A stretch of 56,934 bases of DNA, from the NCBI GenBank assembly GCA_045540595.1, contig JAZQHL010000165.1:1-56934 (forward strand), given 5' to 3'. The stretch comes from Ruminococcus sp. (lineage in GTDB: Bacteria > Bacillota > Clostridia > Oscillospirales > Acutalibacteraceae). Positions 47,913-56,934 of this stretch are shown here, piece by piece. The notes under the pieces are model-generated. The model was not told the origin of the DNA and searched no databases. It worked only from the letters and a program-made list of their open reading frames with translations. Made by a program: the position numbers and the translations under genes. Positions within the stretch are counted from its first letter, which is position 1; every line of letters starts with the position of its first letter.

Positions 47913-49817
47913 ATGAAGAATTTTAATGCAAAAAAAATAATACTTATGATTGCAGATGCTCTTATAATTGCGTCTTTTGCCGTTTTTACAAATCTTCTGC
48001 TTATGTGGATAGATATCGGCAGAGATGTTGTGGGGCAGAGCGGTTTTCATATTGAGTGGTCAACCCTTACACTTACAATTGGCATTCAGATACTTTTCTG
48101 CTTCTTCACTCTGTATGTTTCCGGTGCCTATGCCTTTTTCTGGAGACTACTGGGCAAACAGGAATATTTGAGTTGTGTGATTGGTGCGACTGCAGGCTTT
48201 GTGTTTTCTATGGGGCTTATGAGCTTTTTTGGCGTTTTTGACGGCGGCTTTCCGTGGCTCTATACATTGGCTCACTTTGTGCTTTCGTTGAGTGCTATGC
48301 TGGGATTCAGAGGATTTGCCAAAAAAACTGTAGTAAAACTTACCGAGGCAGGCCGTGCAGAAAACTACGAGCGTACACTCATCATCGGTGCAGGCCGTGC
48401 CGCAATGATGATTCTTACGGACATTGAAAATGCTAAGAAAGACCCCAACAATCCTTCCCGTAACATTCTGCCTGTTGGCCTTGTGGACGACAACAGAAGT
48501 AAACTGGGCAGCAGGATTATGGGCGTTCCGGTTCTGGGAAGTTGTGAAGACATTCCCGAACTTTGCAAAAAAAGCGGTATTTCCCTTATTGTTTTTGCAA
48601 TCCCATCCTGTACGGAAGATGACCGTCAGCGTATACTTGCCCTTTGTTCAAAGACTCAGTGTAAAATTAAAATGGTACCTTACCTGAGTCAACTTCTCTT
48701 TGATGATAGCCACCCTCAGCTTCTGAATCAGGTCAAGGATATCCGCATCGAAGACCTTTTAGGCAGAGAGCCCATCACCTTTGATAAAGACCAGACAAAG
48801 GCCTTTGTAGAGGGTAAGGTGTTTATGGTTACAGGCGGTGGCGGTTCTATCGGCAGTGAACTGGTGCGTCAGATTGCAAAGTACAACCCCAAACAGATAA
48901 TTATAGTTGATATTTACGAAAATAACGCATACGATATACAGCAGGAACTTACTCTTGAGTACGGCGACGAGGTTGACGTGGTAACACTGATTGCTTCTGT
49001 GAGAGACTACGAGAAGATGGAAAAAATCTTTGCCGAGTACCGTCCACAGATTGTGTTTCACGCAGCTGCTCACAAGCATGTTCCTTTGATGGAAACCTCG
49101 CCCGAGGAAGCAGTAAAGAACAACATTTTCGGTACCTTCAACACTGCCACACTGGCAGAGAAGTATCTTGTGGATAAGTTCATTATGATTTCCACAGATA
49201 AGGCGGTTAATCCCACCAACGTTATGGGTGCTACCAAACGAGCCTGTGAGATGATTGTTCAGTACAAGGCTCAGCACGCAGACAAAACCGATTTTGTTAC
49301 CACACGATTCGGCAATGTTCTCGGCTCAAACGGCTCAGTTATACCTTTGTTCAGAAGACAGATTGAAAACGGCAAGCCCGTAACCGTTACTCACCCTGAT
49401 ATTATCAGATACTTTATGACCATTCCCGAGGCGGTGTCTCTGGTGCTTCAGGCAGGAGCCATGGCTCAGGGCGGTGAGATTTTTGTACTTGATATGGGTG
49501 AGCCTGTAAAGATTACAACCCTTGCAGAAAACCTCATCAGAATGTACGGCAAGGTGCCTTACAGAGATGTTGAAATCAAGTTCACGGGACTGCGGCCCGG
49601 TGAGAAACTCTTTGAGGAACTTCTTATGAACGAAGAAGGACTCAAATCCACAGAAAACAAGAAAATCTTTATCGGCAATCAGATTGCCATTGATGAAGAA
49701 GACCTGCTTGAGAAGCTCTCAAGACTCAGAAAATTTGCTGATGCAAACGACAGTGAAGGTGTTGTTGAAATGCTCAGCGAGATTGTTCCAACCTTCAACC
49801 ACAAAACCAACAGGTAA
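47913..49817 (+). CDS. Membrane-bound UDP-GlcNAc 4,6-dehydratase (CapD/PglF/AatA-like)
   Basis: Four N-terminal TMs, IIGAG, EDLLGR, TGGGGSIGSEL, HAAAHKHVP, STDKAVNPTNVMGATK, RFGNVLGS. Confidence 0.94.
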   Translation: MKNFNAKKIILMIADALIIASFAVFTNLLLMWIDIGRDVVGQSGFHIEWSTLTLTIGIQILFCFFTLYVSGAYAFFWRLLGKQEYLSCVIGATAGFVFSMGLMSFFGVFDGGFPWLYTLAHFVLSLSAMLGFRGFAKKTVVKLTEAGRAENYERTLIIGAGRAAMMILTDIENAKKDPNNPSRNILPVGLVDDNRSKLGSRIMGVPVLGSCEDIPELCKKSGISLIVFAIPSCTEDDRQRILALCSKTQCKIKMVPYLSQLLFDDSHPQLLNQVKDIRIEDLLGREPITFDKDQTKAFVEGKVFMVTGGGGSIGSELVRQIAKYNPKQIIIVDIYENNAYDIQQELTLEYGDEVDVVTLIASVRDYEKMEKIFAEYRPQIVFHAAAHKHVPLMETSPEEAVKNNIFGTFNTATLAEKYLVDKFIMISTDKAVNPTNVMGATKRACEMIVQYKAQHADKTDFVTTRFGNVLGSNGSVIPLFRRQIENGKPVTVTHPDIIRYFMTIPEAVSLVLQAGAMAQGGEIFVLDMGEPVKITTLAENLIRMYGKVPYRDVEIKFTGLRPGEKLFEELLMNEEGLKSTENKKIFIGNQIAIDEEDLLEKLSRLRKFADANDSEGVVEMLSEIVPTFNHKTNR

Positions 49818-49909
49818 ACACCTGACGGTTTTGAGAAACCAAGGATATTTACTGCTTTCTGTATGTGTTTCAGAAAGTTTTGACCTATATTTTTTTAAGG
49901 AGCATTTTT

Positions 49910-51736
49910 ATGTGCGGAATTGTCGGATATGTAGGACCTAAAGACTGCAGCGAGGTGCTTGTTGATGCACTGAGAAAACTTGAATACCGCGGATATGACT
50001 CTGCTGGTATTGCAGTTTTTGAGGACGGTAAAATCAAAGTAGCAAAAGAAAAAGGAAGACTTGATGATCTGCAGGCAAAGATGGACGCTGAAGGTGTACC
50101 CGCAGGTCACGCAGGTATCGGTCATACCCGTTGGGCTACCCACGGAATTCCCTCTGCAGTGAACTCACACCCCCACGCAGGCGGTGAAAAGGTTACACTG
50201 GTACATAACGGAATCATCGAAAACTACAAGGAACTCAAGGAGTACCTCATCTCTCAGGGCAGAGTTTTTGTCAGCGAAACCGACACAGAGGTAGTTGCAC
50301 AACTTCTCGACTTCAATTATGAGGGTGACCCTGTTAAGGCTATTGCAAAGACACTTTCTCAGGTGGAAGGTTCCTTTGCACTGGGTATACTCTTTGCAGA
50401 CAGAGTTGGTGAACTCTTTGCAGTAAGACGTGAAAGTCCTCTTATTGTAGGTATCAATGAAGGTGAAAGTTTCATTGCTTCCGACGTTCCGGCGATTATC
50501 AAATATACAAATCAGTACTACCTTCTTGAGCATGATGAAATTGCACATCTTGATGCACAGGGCGTGAGTTTCTGTGATCTTGAGGGAAATGCTATTGAAA
50601 AAGAACTTAAAGTTGCCGACTGGGATCAGGAGGCAGCAGAAAAAGGCGGCTATGAGCACTATATGCTCAAAGAAATCCATGAACAGCCTAACTCGGTTAA
50701 GACCACCATCACTCCCAGAATTTCCGGTGGCCTGCCTTGCCTTGAGGAGTGCTCAATCACAGTAGAGAGCCTTCGTGATATCAATCAGATTTACATTGTT
50801 GCCTGCGGTACTGCAATGCATGCAGGAATGATAGGAAAATATGTTATAGAGAAGATGGCAAAGGTTCCTGTTGTTGTGGACATTGCATCTGAATTCCGTT
50901 ACCGCGACCCTCTTATTAAGGAGGGCGACCTGGTAATTATCATTTCCCAGTCTGGTGAAACTGCAGACAGCCTTGCAGCAATGCGTCTTGCAAAGAGCAT
51001 GGGTGCAAAGACCCTTGCAATTGTAAACGCAAAGGGAAGCTCCATTGCCAGAGAGGCTGATATGCTTATCTATACACACGCAGGTCCTGAGATTGCAGTT
51101 GCATCAACAAAGGCTTACATGGTGCAGATTGCGGTTATGTATCTTCTGGGATTCAAGATGGCTCTTTCCAAGGGTCAGATTTCAGAGGAAGAGTGCCGCA
51201 GTCTTACAAAGTCTCTTATGTTTGTTCCCATACATCTTGAGAAAACAATCACTGATGTAGACTCTGTGTGCAGTAATATAGCAGATAAGCTTATTGATGC
51301 TGAGAACCTGTTGTACATCGGCAGAGGTCTTGACTATGCACTTTCTATGGAAGGCTCGCTGAAGCTCAAGGAAATCTCTTATATTCATTCTGAGGCTTAT
51401 GCTGCAGGCGAACTCAAGCACGGCACAATCTCTCTTATTACAGAGGGTATGCCTGTTATAGCAGTTGCTACCCAGACCTCACTTCTTGACAAAACCGTGA
51501 GCAACATTAAGGAGGTCAAGGCAAGAGGTGCCATGGTTATCCTTGTTTGTGACGATGAGATTGAGGTTGGTGATGATATAGCTGATTACATCATCCGTGT
51601 GCCCAGAATTGAGGAATGCCTTATGCCTATGCTGGCAGCAGTACCCTTACAGCTTCTTGCATACTATACCTCCTACAAACGCGGTAACGATGTTGATAAG
51701 CCAAGAAACCTTGCAAAGTCAGTTACTGTTGAGTAA
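49910..51736 (+). CDS. glmS: Glutamine--fructose-6-phosphate aminotransferase
   Basis: MCGIVG start, LEYRGYDSAG, GHTRWATHG, SQSGETAD, C-terminal PRNLAKSVTVE. Confidence 0.98.
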   Translation: MCGIVGYVGPKDCSEVLVDALRKLEYRGYDSAGIAVFEDGKIKVAKEKGRLDDLQAKMDAEGVPAGHAGIGHTRWATHGIPSAVNSHPHAGGEKVTLVHNGIIENYKELKEYLISQGRVFVSETDTEVVAQLLDFNYEGDPVKAIAKTLSQVEGSFALGILFADRVGELFAVRRESPLIVGINEGESFIASDVPAIIKYTNQYYLLEHDEIAHLDAQGVSFCDLEGNAIEKELKVADWDQEAAEKGGYEHYMLKEIHEQPNSVKTTITPRISGGLPCLEECSITVESLRDINQIYIVACGTAMHAGMIGKYVIEKMAKVPVVVDIASEFRYRDPLIKEGDLVIIISQSGETADSLAAMRLAKSMGAKTLAIVNAKGSSIAREADMLIYTHAGPEIAVASTKAYMVQIAVMYLLGFKMALSKGQISEEECRSLTKSLMFVPIHLEKTITDVDSVCSNIADKLIDAENLLYIGRGLDYALSMEGSLKLKEISYIHSEAYAAGELKHGTISLITEGMPVIAVATQTSLLDKTVSNIKEVKARGAMVILVCDDEIEVGDDIADYIIRVPRIEECLMPMLAAVPLQLLAYYTSYKRGNDVDKPRNLAKSVTVE

Positions 51737-51770
51737 TGCTTGTATATACAGTGTGTAGTTTTAAAGGGAA

Positions 51771-53297
51771 GTGAGAGCTTTGAGAAAACTATCTGAGTTT
51801 AACCGGTCTGTGTATTCTACTCATGTTTTTACCCTGTTTATAGCGTTCTTTGCATTGATGATGTCCTTCACATTTGTATGGACACATGATGATTATTGGA
51901 CTGTAGGTATGTACAGTTTTGAACGGGCATGGGAGTACAGTTTTAACTATCTAAACGGCAGATACTTAGGTAACTTTTTTGTTAATCTGATTATGTGCAG
52001 ACACTTACTTGATGATATAGTGAGAACAGTATTAATTGTTGTCATTATAGTCAGTTCTGCTATTCTTACGGATTCTTACAGAAAACGTTCCTTGTTGATT
52101 TCATCGTTGCTTTATATGGGAGTCGGAACACATATGTTTGGCAACGTGTATGTATGGGGTCACAGTTTTTATAATTTTGTTCCGCCTTTAGCACTTGCGT
52201 TAGTCTCCTTATGCTTACTTAAGAATTATTATAAAAAAGATTCTGTTTCTATCGGGTATACGGTTATACTTTCACTTGTATTATTTGTTACAGGTATATC
52301 ACAACAGTTGTTTTCTGAGAATGCTACAACAATAATTGCGTTGATTTCATTGATTACTGCTGTTTTTGTAGTGATAAAAAAGAAACCTGTAATTCCCGCA
52401 ATTACTTATTTCATCTCATCTTTAATAGGTGCCGGAATAATGTTTTTACTTCCCAAGATTATAGGCACTTCAAGAGAATTAGGTGGCTATCGGGGAATCT
52501 TAGGAATATCTGAGCAAATACACTTACTTATTGAAAATGTGCAGATTTCTATTAACAGTCTGTCTTGTATGTGTATGGTCAGCATTGTGTTTTCGTTATC
52601 GTTGATTATCCTGATGCGAAAAAAAAGGAAGCTGTTTAAAAAAGGCTTTTTTGTGTGTGCTCATATTGTTTTGATTTTGCAGCCGATTGTTTCTTCATTA
52701 AGATTTTTTATTGCCGTAGATGGCGAAAGCGTGGATCTTTTAAGTGTTTCCGGAGCTTTTGCATTGGTGTTATATCTTCCGCTTGTTGCTTATCTGATGC
52801 TTAAATTAACCATTAAAGAAAAAAAGCTGTTTTACATCGGAACGTTGTTGGTGGCTTTAGTTTCAGTTTTACAATTGTTGGTTGTAAAGCCTATTGGTGC
52901 ACGTTGCTTTTTCGTTACAAGTTCGCTTCTTACGTTAGTTGCGATATCAGTTTTCGGGGAAGCAATGAGTGTTCTCAGTGAAAAAACCAAAAAAAGAATA
53001 GTAACTTCCTTACTTGTTCTGGGTGTGGTTTTCTATGCAACAATTTTTACTGTATACAGTAGAGTTTCTTATGTTAATAACATAAGGCTTGAGTATGGTG
53101 ATGAACAATTTGCACAAGGTAAATCGGAAATAGAGATTATCAATCTACCACACAAGCGATGGTTGCACTTTCCTAATGAGTCTTATGCGTACTCTTACAG
53201 ATACGACCTGGACGAAACCGGCGAAATAGCAGGCAATAAAACTTTTGTTTATATCGACTATGAAGATTATCTTGCTAAATCCGAAGCATCTGAATAA
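51771..53297 (+). CDS. Multi-TM membrane protein, DUF6056/GT-C-like putative glycan-modifying enzyme
   Basis: TM1 followed by HDDY and NGRYLGN, about 12 TMs, soluble C-terminal tail; visibly AT-rich. Confidence 0.6.
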   Translation: MRALRKLSEFNRSVYSTHVFTLFIAFFALMMSFTFVWTHDDYWTVGMYSFERAWEYSFNYLNGRYLGNFFVNLIMCRHLLDDIVRTVLIVVIIVSSAILTDSYRKRSLLISSLLYMGVGTHMFGNVYVWGHSFYNFVPPLALALVSLCLLKNYYKKDSVSIGYTVILSLVLFVTGISQQLFSENATTIIALISLITAVFVVIKKKPVIPAITYFISSLIGAGIMFLLPKIIGTSRELGGYRGILGISEQIHLLIENVQISINSLSCMCMVSIVFSLSLIILMRKKRKLFKKGFFVCAHIVLILQPIVSSLRFFIAVDGESVDLLSVSGAFALVLYLPLVAYLMLKLTIKEKKLFYIGTLLVALVSVLQLLVVKPIGARCFFVTSSLLTLVAISVFGEAMSVLSEKTKKRIVTSLLVLGVVFYATIFTVYSRVSYVNNIRLEYGDEQFAQGKSEIEIINLPHKRWLHFPNESYAYSYRYDLDETGEIAGNKTFVYIDYEDYLAKSEASE

Positions 53298-53306
53298 AAC
53301 AAATTT

Positions 53307-53333
53307 GCCGCCGTTTTATACGGCGGCTTTTTT
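53307..53333 (+). terminator. Intrinsic terminator
   Basis: GCCGCCGT-tttat-ACGGCGGC followed by TTTTTT. Confidence 0.88.
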
Positions 53334-53516
53334 GAAGTTACAATATTGTTATTGACTTGAGGTTTTGCAGGTAATAATATATTTGTAGGATTATTTTCTG
53401 AAAATGGTAGGGGACGGCACCCATGACGTCAGCCTCTGCTCAGAATATATTATTTTCCCATAGGAGTTTGCTCCTGAGCAAAAACAAAAATAAGAAGAAA
53501 GGTGGTGTGTGCTCTG

Positions 53517-55196
53517 ATGCAGTTTTTTGCAGATATAGCAGTGGTAGGACTTCGTATCCTGCTTGCAATTTATGCTTTGTTTATTGTTTATCAGTGTTTT
53601 GGCTCAATGCGCCGTCAAAAGCGTCAGGAATCCCCCCTTGTAATGCTGTACAATAAAACTATCCGCGAGAAAATTCCCGTGCTCTGCTGGGAGAATTCCA
53701 TAGGCAGAAGCAAGGGCAGTGATATCGTTATTGAAGACCCTACGGTTTCCAGAAATCACTGTGTACTTCTCAGACGCCGTGACGGTTGGTTTGTGTCAGA
53801 TGTGGGTTCAAAGTCAGGCACAAAGGTCAACTCAAGACCTGTTCATTCAAGGCACCGCCTGTCTCTTGATGATGAAATCCAGATTGGCTCCACAACTCTG
53901 GCGCTTCGTCGTGCAGATGAATTCGACGGAGAAATCCGTCATCACTGGTTTTTCTCAAGGGTTTCCTCAAAACCCAGTGTATCTTCACCTCTTTTGCTGA
54001 TTCTTGTGAATCTTTTCCATCTGTTTATGGCAGTGGAAATCTGCATAACCTACGGTGAGTTCCGCCTGCCTGCATTTGAGGTATGCGGTGCGCTGATTCT
54101 TTTCTCCTGGTTGCTCTTTACCTTTTCAAGAGGAGTGTTCGGAAGAAAGAATTTTGAACTTGAAATACTGGCAATTTTCCTTACAGGCACAGGCTCTATG
54201 CTTCTGGTTGAGCAGGATATAATGGATGCCTGGATTCAGATAATAGCCGCAATGGCAGGTGCAACCTTCTATATGTTTATGCTCCTTTTCATTGCAAACC
54301 CTGACCGTATAGTCAAGTGGCGAATGGCGGTTATGATAGTAGCCCTTGGTTTTCTGGCAGTGAATCTGATTTTCGGCAGAATGGAGTACGGTGCTGCCAA
54401 CAGAATCTACATTGGCGGAGTTTCAATCCAGCCTTCGGAGATTGTAAAGATTGCCTATATTTTCGTAGGTGCATCGGCACTTGACCATCTGCAGACAAGG
54501 CGTAACCTGATAGAATTCATCGGCTTTTCAGCTTTGTGCGTGGGTGCTCTGGCACTGATGGGTGACTTCGGCACAGCACTGATTTTCTTTGTAACCTTCC
54601 TTGTTATTTCAATTATCCGTTCAGGTGACTATAAAACCGTTATGCTGGCTGTGGCAGGTGCCGTTTTTGCGGTGATGCTTATCCTGCAGTTCAAGCCCTA
54701 CATTGCTGAACGTTTTGCAATCTGGGGTCACGCTCTTGAGGACCCCTACGATAAAGGCTATCAGCAGTCGGGTGTGCTCACCTACATTTCTTCGGGAGGA
54801 CTCTTCGGCACAGGTGTGGGCAACGGTATCCTCAGATATTACGGAGCCTCTGAAACCGACCTGGTTTTCGGCATTGTAACAGAAGAGATGGGACTTATCA
54901 TAGCCCTGCTTATTGCACTTGTAATCTTTGGTCTTGTGGTGTATTCCCGTGCAATCTCAACCCGAAGCCGCAGTACCTTTTATTCAATTTCTGCCTGCTG
55001 TGCTGCATCAATGATGCTCACGCAGACAGCTCTGAATATCTTCGGCTGTACGGATATTCTGCCGCTTACGGGTGTAACCCTGCCTTTTGTCAGCGCAGGC
55101 GGCTCAAGTATGATTTCCTGTTGGGGTATGCTTGCTTTTATCAAAGCGGCAGACGAGAGAACTTACTCCAAAGCAAAACTAACAGGAAGAGAGTAA
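53517..55196 (+). CDS. FHA domain fused to an FtsW/RodA/SpoVE (SEDS) peptidoglycan glycosyltransferase
   Basis: FHA motifs IGR, VSRNH, SKSGTKVN; SEDS motifs IQPSEIVK, DFGTA, GYQ, ETDLVF...EEMG, LPLTGVTLPFVSAGGSS; ATG 53517 follows AAAGGTGG. Confidence 0.9.
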   Translation: MQFFADIAVVGLRILLAIYALFIVYQCFGSMRRQKRQESPLVMLYNKTIREKIPVLCWENSIGRSKGSDIVIEDPTVSRNHCVLLRRRDGWFVSDVGSKSGTKVNSRPVHSRHRLSLDDEIQIGSTTLALRRADEFDGEIRHHWFFSRVSSKPSVSSPLLLILVNLFHLFMAVEICITYGEFRLPAFEVCGALILFSWLLFTFSRGVFGRKNFELEILAIFLTGTGSMLLVEQDIMDAWIQIIAAMAGATFYMFMLLFIANPDRIVKWRMAVMIVALGFLAVNLIFGRMEYGAANRIYIGGVSIQPSEIVKIAYIFVGASALDHLQTRRNLIEFIGFSALCVGALALMGDFGTALIFFVTFLVISIIRSGDYKTVMLAVAGAVFAVMLILQFKPYIAERFAIWGHALEDPYDKGYQQSGVLTYISSGGLFGTGVGNGILRYYGASETDLVFGIVTEEMGLIIALLIALVIFGLVVYSRAISTRSRSTFYSISACCAASMMLTQTALNIFGCTDILPLTGVTLPFVSAGGSSMISCWGMLAFIKAADERTYSKAKLTGRE

Positions 55197-55217
55197 TATT
55201 TCGGAAAAGGAATTATT

Positions 55218-56558
55218 ATGAAAAGAACTATGTCACGAAGCATAATATCCCTGATACTGGCTCTGTGTTTTTTACTGGGGCTTGGTTTCTTATGCTTCAG
55301 ATACATTACAGAAAACGACCTTTGGGCAAGTCAGACCTACAATCAGTATCTTTCCTCAGGAAAGGGTCTTGCCTCTGCAGGCACAATATATGACCGCAAC
55401 AAGGTAGCCCTTGCTTATTCACAGCAGGGTCAGAGAATATACAGCGACAGCTACAATATGCGTCTGGGTACACTCCACGCAGTGGGAGACGGATCCTATA
55501 ATATAGCAACAGCCGTGCAGACCATATACAGAGCACAGCTTGTGGGTCACAGCTCTGTTTTCGGTTACGGCTTGCCTGAAAGCCTTCGTTCAAAGGGTAA
55601 TATGAAACTTACCATTGATGCTGAGGTCTGTGCAAAGGTGTATGAAAAATTCGGAGGCTACAAGGGTGCCTGCTTTGTTTATAACTACAAAACAGGTGAG
55701 GTGCTGTGTATGGTCAGCGCTCCGGCATTCGACCCTCAGAATGTGCCTGATACTATCCCTGAAGGTGCATACCTGAACAACGCAATCTCCAGCACTTATT
55801 CTCCCGGCTCAATTTACAAGATAATCACCACTGTGGCACTTCTTGAAAGTGACAAGGACGCTGAAAATACTACCTTTACCTGTGACGGTGAAAAAGAATT
55901 TGACGGAGACAACGTTACCTGCCTTGAGCATCACGGCACAGTGAATCTCAGAGATGCCTTTGCCTGGTCCTGCAACATTGCTTTTGCAGATGCCGCCACA
56001 CAGGTGGGAGCAGAAAAAATGCAGAGTGTATCACAGAAACTGGGCATCACAAAAAGTTACAATGTCAGCGGAATCAAAACTGCACAGGGTCACTTTGATG
56101 TGAATGATGCAAACGGAAACCAGCTTGCCTGGTCGGGTGTTGGTCAGTACACAGATATGGTGAATCCTGCTCAGATGGCGATTCTCTGCGGTGCAATAGC
56201 AAACGGTGGAGCTGCAAAACTCCCCACCTATATTGACGGTGTGTACTCAGCAGGTACCGCAAGGCTTATGAGTGAAGATACTGCAGACCGTATGCAGGCT
56301 ATTATGCGCTATACCATCACCGACTACTATGGTGACAATATGTTCGGCGGTCTGACAGTAGGCGCCAAAACAGGCACCGCCGAAGTAGGCGAGGGCAAAG
56401 AGCCCAACGCCTGGATGGTAGGCTACAGCACAGACGAGGATTATCCCCTTGCTTTCGCAGTTGTAGTGGAAGAAGGCGGTTACGGCTTCTACACCGCAGG
56501 CCCCATAGCAAGACTTGCAATGATAGAAAGCGCTCGCTCGCTTGGATATGAGGGGTAG
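55218..56558 (+). CDS. Class B penicillin-binding transpeptidase (PbpA-like)
   Basis: N-terminal TM; SxxK (SIYK), SxN (SCN), KTG (KTGT). Confidence 0.92.
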   Translation: MKRTMSRSIISLILALCFLLGLGFLCFRYITENDLWASQTYNQYLSSGKGLASAGTIYDRNKVALAYSQQGQRIYSDSYNMRLGTLHAVGDGSYNIATAVQTIYRAQLVGHSSVFGYGLPESLRSKGNMKLTIDAEVCAKVYEKFGGYKGACFVYNYKTGEVLCMVSAPAFDPQNVPDTIPEGAYLNNAISSTYSPGSIYKIITTVALLESDKDAENTTFTCDGEKEFDGDNVTCLEHHGTVNLRDAFAWSCNIAFADAATQVGAEKMQSVSQKLGITKSYNVSGIKTAQGHFDVNDANGNQLAWSGVGQYTDMVNPAQMAILCGAIANGGAAKLPTYIDGVYSAGTARLMSEDTADRMQAIMRYTITDYYGDNMFGGLTVGAKTGTAEVGEGKEPNAWMVGYSTDEDYPLAFAVVVEEGGYGFYTAGPIARLAMIESARSLGYEG

Positions 56559-56563
56559 TCTGT

Positions 56564-56887
56564 ATGAAAAAATATCCAATAAGCCTTTTTATCGGTGGTT
56601 TTGTACTTAATGCAGTAGTTAAGTTCTTCTATTTGTTTTTGCCTGCCTTGATATTGATTGTGATAGGAATATGGGTTAAGGTTTGTCTTTTTATAGGTCT
56701 TGCCCTGATGGTTACAGATTTTATTGTGTCACTTATATATCAACTTTTACTCAGAAAATCTGCTTTAGAAAGTGATGATGGGGAGTTTTCACAATTTCAG
56801 GATGCTATGTTTTCTCCTGATTGGAAAGACAATGTAAAAAATGCAGTGGAAGAGAAAATTCAAAATTACGATAACTCAGTTAAGTAA
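56564..56887 (+). CDS. Small hypothetical membrane protein
   Basis: 107 aa, hydrophobic N-terminal half, RBS GAGGGG, immediately follows the PBP gene. Confidence 0.6.
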   Translation: MKKYPISLFIGGFVLNAVVKFFYLFLPALILIVIGIWVKVCLFIGLALMVTDFIVSLIYQLLLRKSALESDDGEFSQFQDAMFSPDWKDNVKNAVEEKIQNYDNSVK

Positions 56888-56934
56888 GTGATTTATAGTC
56901 ATAGATGAAGTTGATAAATTTGCCCGAGTGTTTT

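Noticed and set aside
49818-49909. glmS ribozyme upstream of glmS
   Set aside because: The gap is only 92 nt and lacks the AGCGCC and GACGAG core motifs; glmS appears co-transcribed with capD
51737-53300. Tn7-like insertion at attTn7 downstream of glmS
   Set aside because: No tns genes, no terminal repeats with TnsB sites and no 5-bp target duplication could be identified

Overview
Chromosomal window from a spore-forming, starch-adapted Clostridia genome. Dockerin style, spoIIE/spoIIID and the maltodextrin genes point to a Ruminococcus bromii-like Oscillospiraceae; this placement is my inference. Left part (1-22.5 kb): sensor kinase, murE, a maltodextrin ABC importer with a GH13 lipoprotein, spoIIE, two related secreted dockerin proteins, a cytoplasmic GH13, a MecA-like adaptor, an RR-HK-htrA operon, a sugar aminotransferase and spoIIID. 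Middle (22.7-53.3 kb): a ~30 kb surface-polysaccharide region made of two convergent operons plus a divergent capD-glmS unit, interleaved with ddl and glmS. Right end: an FHA-SEDS fusion and a transpeptidase. The most notable signals are: (1) a glycosyltransferase fused to an HpcH-type pyruvate aldolase, which with a 2-hydroxyacid dehydrogenase, a CapD-type dehydratase and an ATP-grasp enzyme may make a C4-branched or unusually acylated sugar; (2) an AatB/WcfR-like aminotransferase plus uronic-acid and pyruvyl genes, suggesting a zwitterionic polysaccharide; (3) a cassette-like pair of dockerin genes, each preceded on the + strand by the same 44-bp sequence (spoIIE 3' end plus start of its terminator) and sharing a promoter architecture and an unrecognised repeated domain; (4) fnlA-fnlB without fnlC. 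No rRNA, tRNA, CRISPR, integrase or transposase was seen. All family assignments come from motif recognition by eye; no searches were run.
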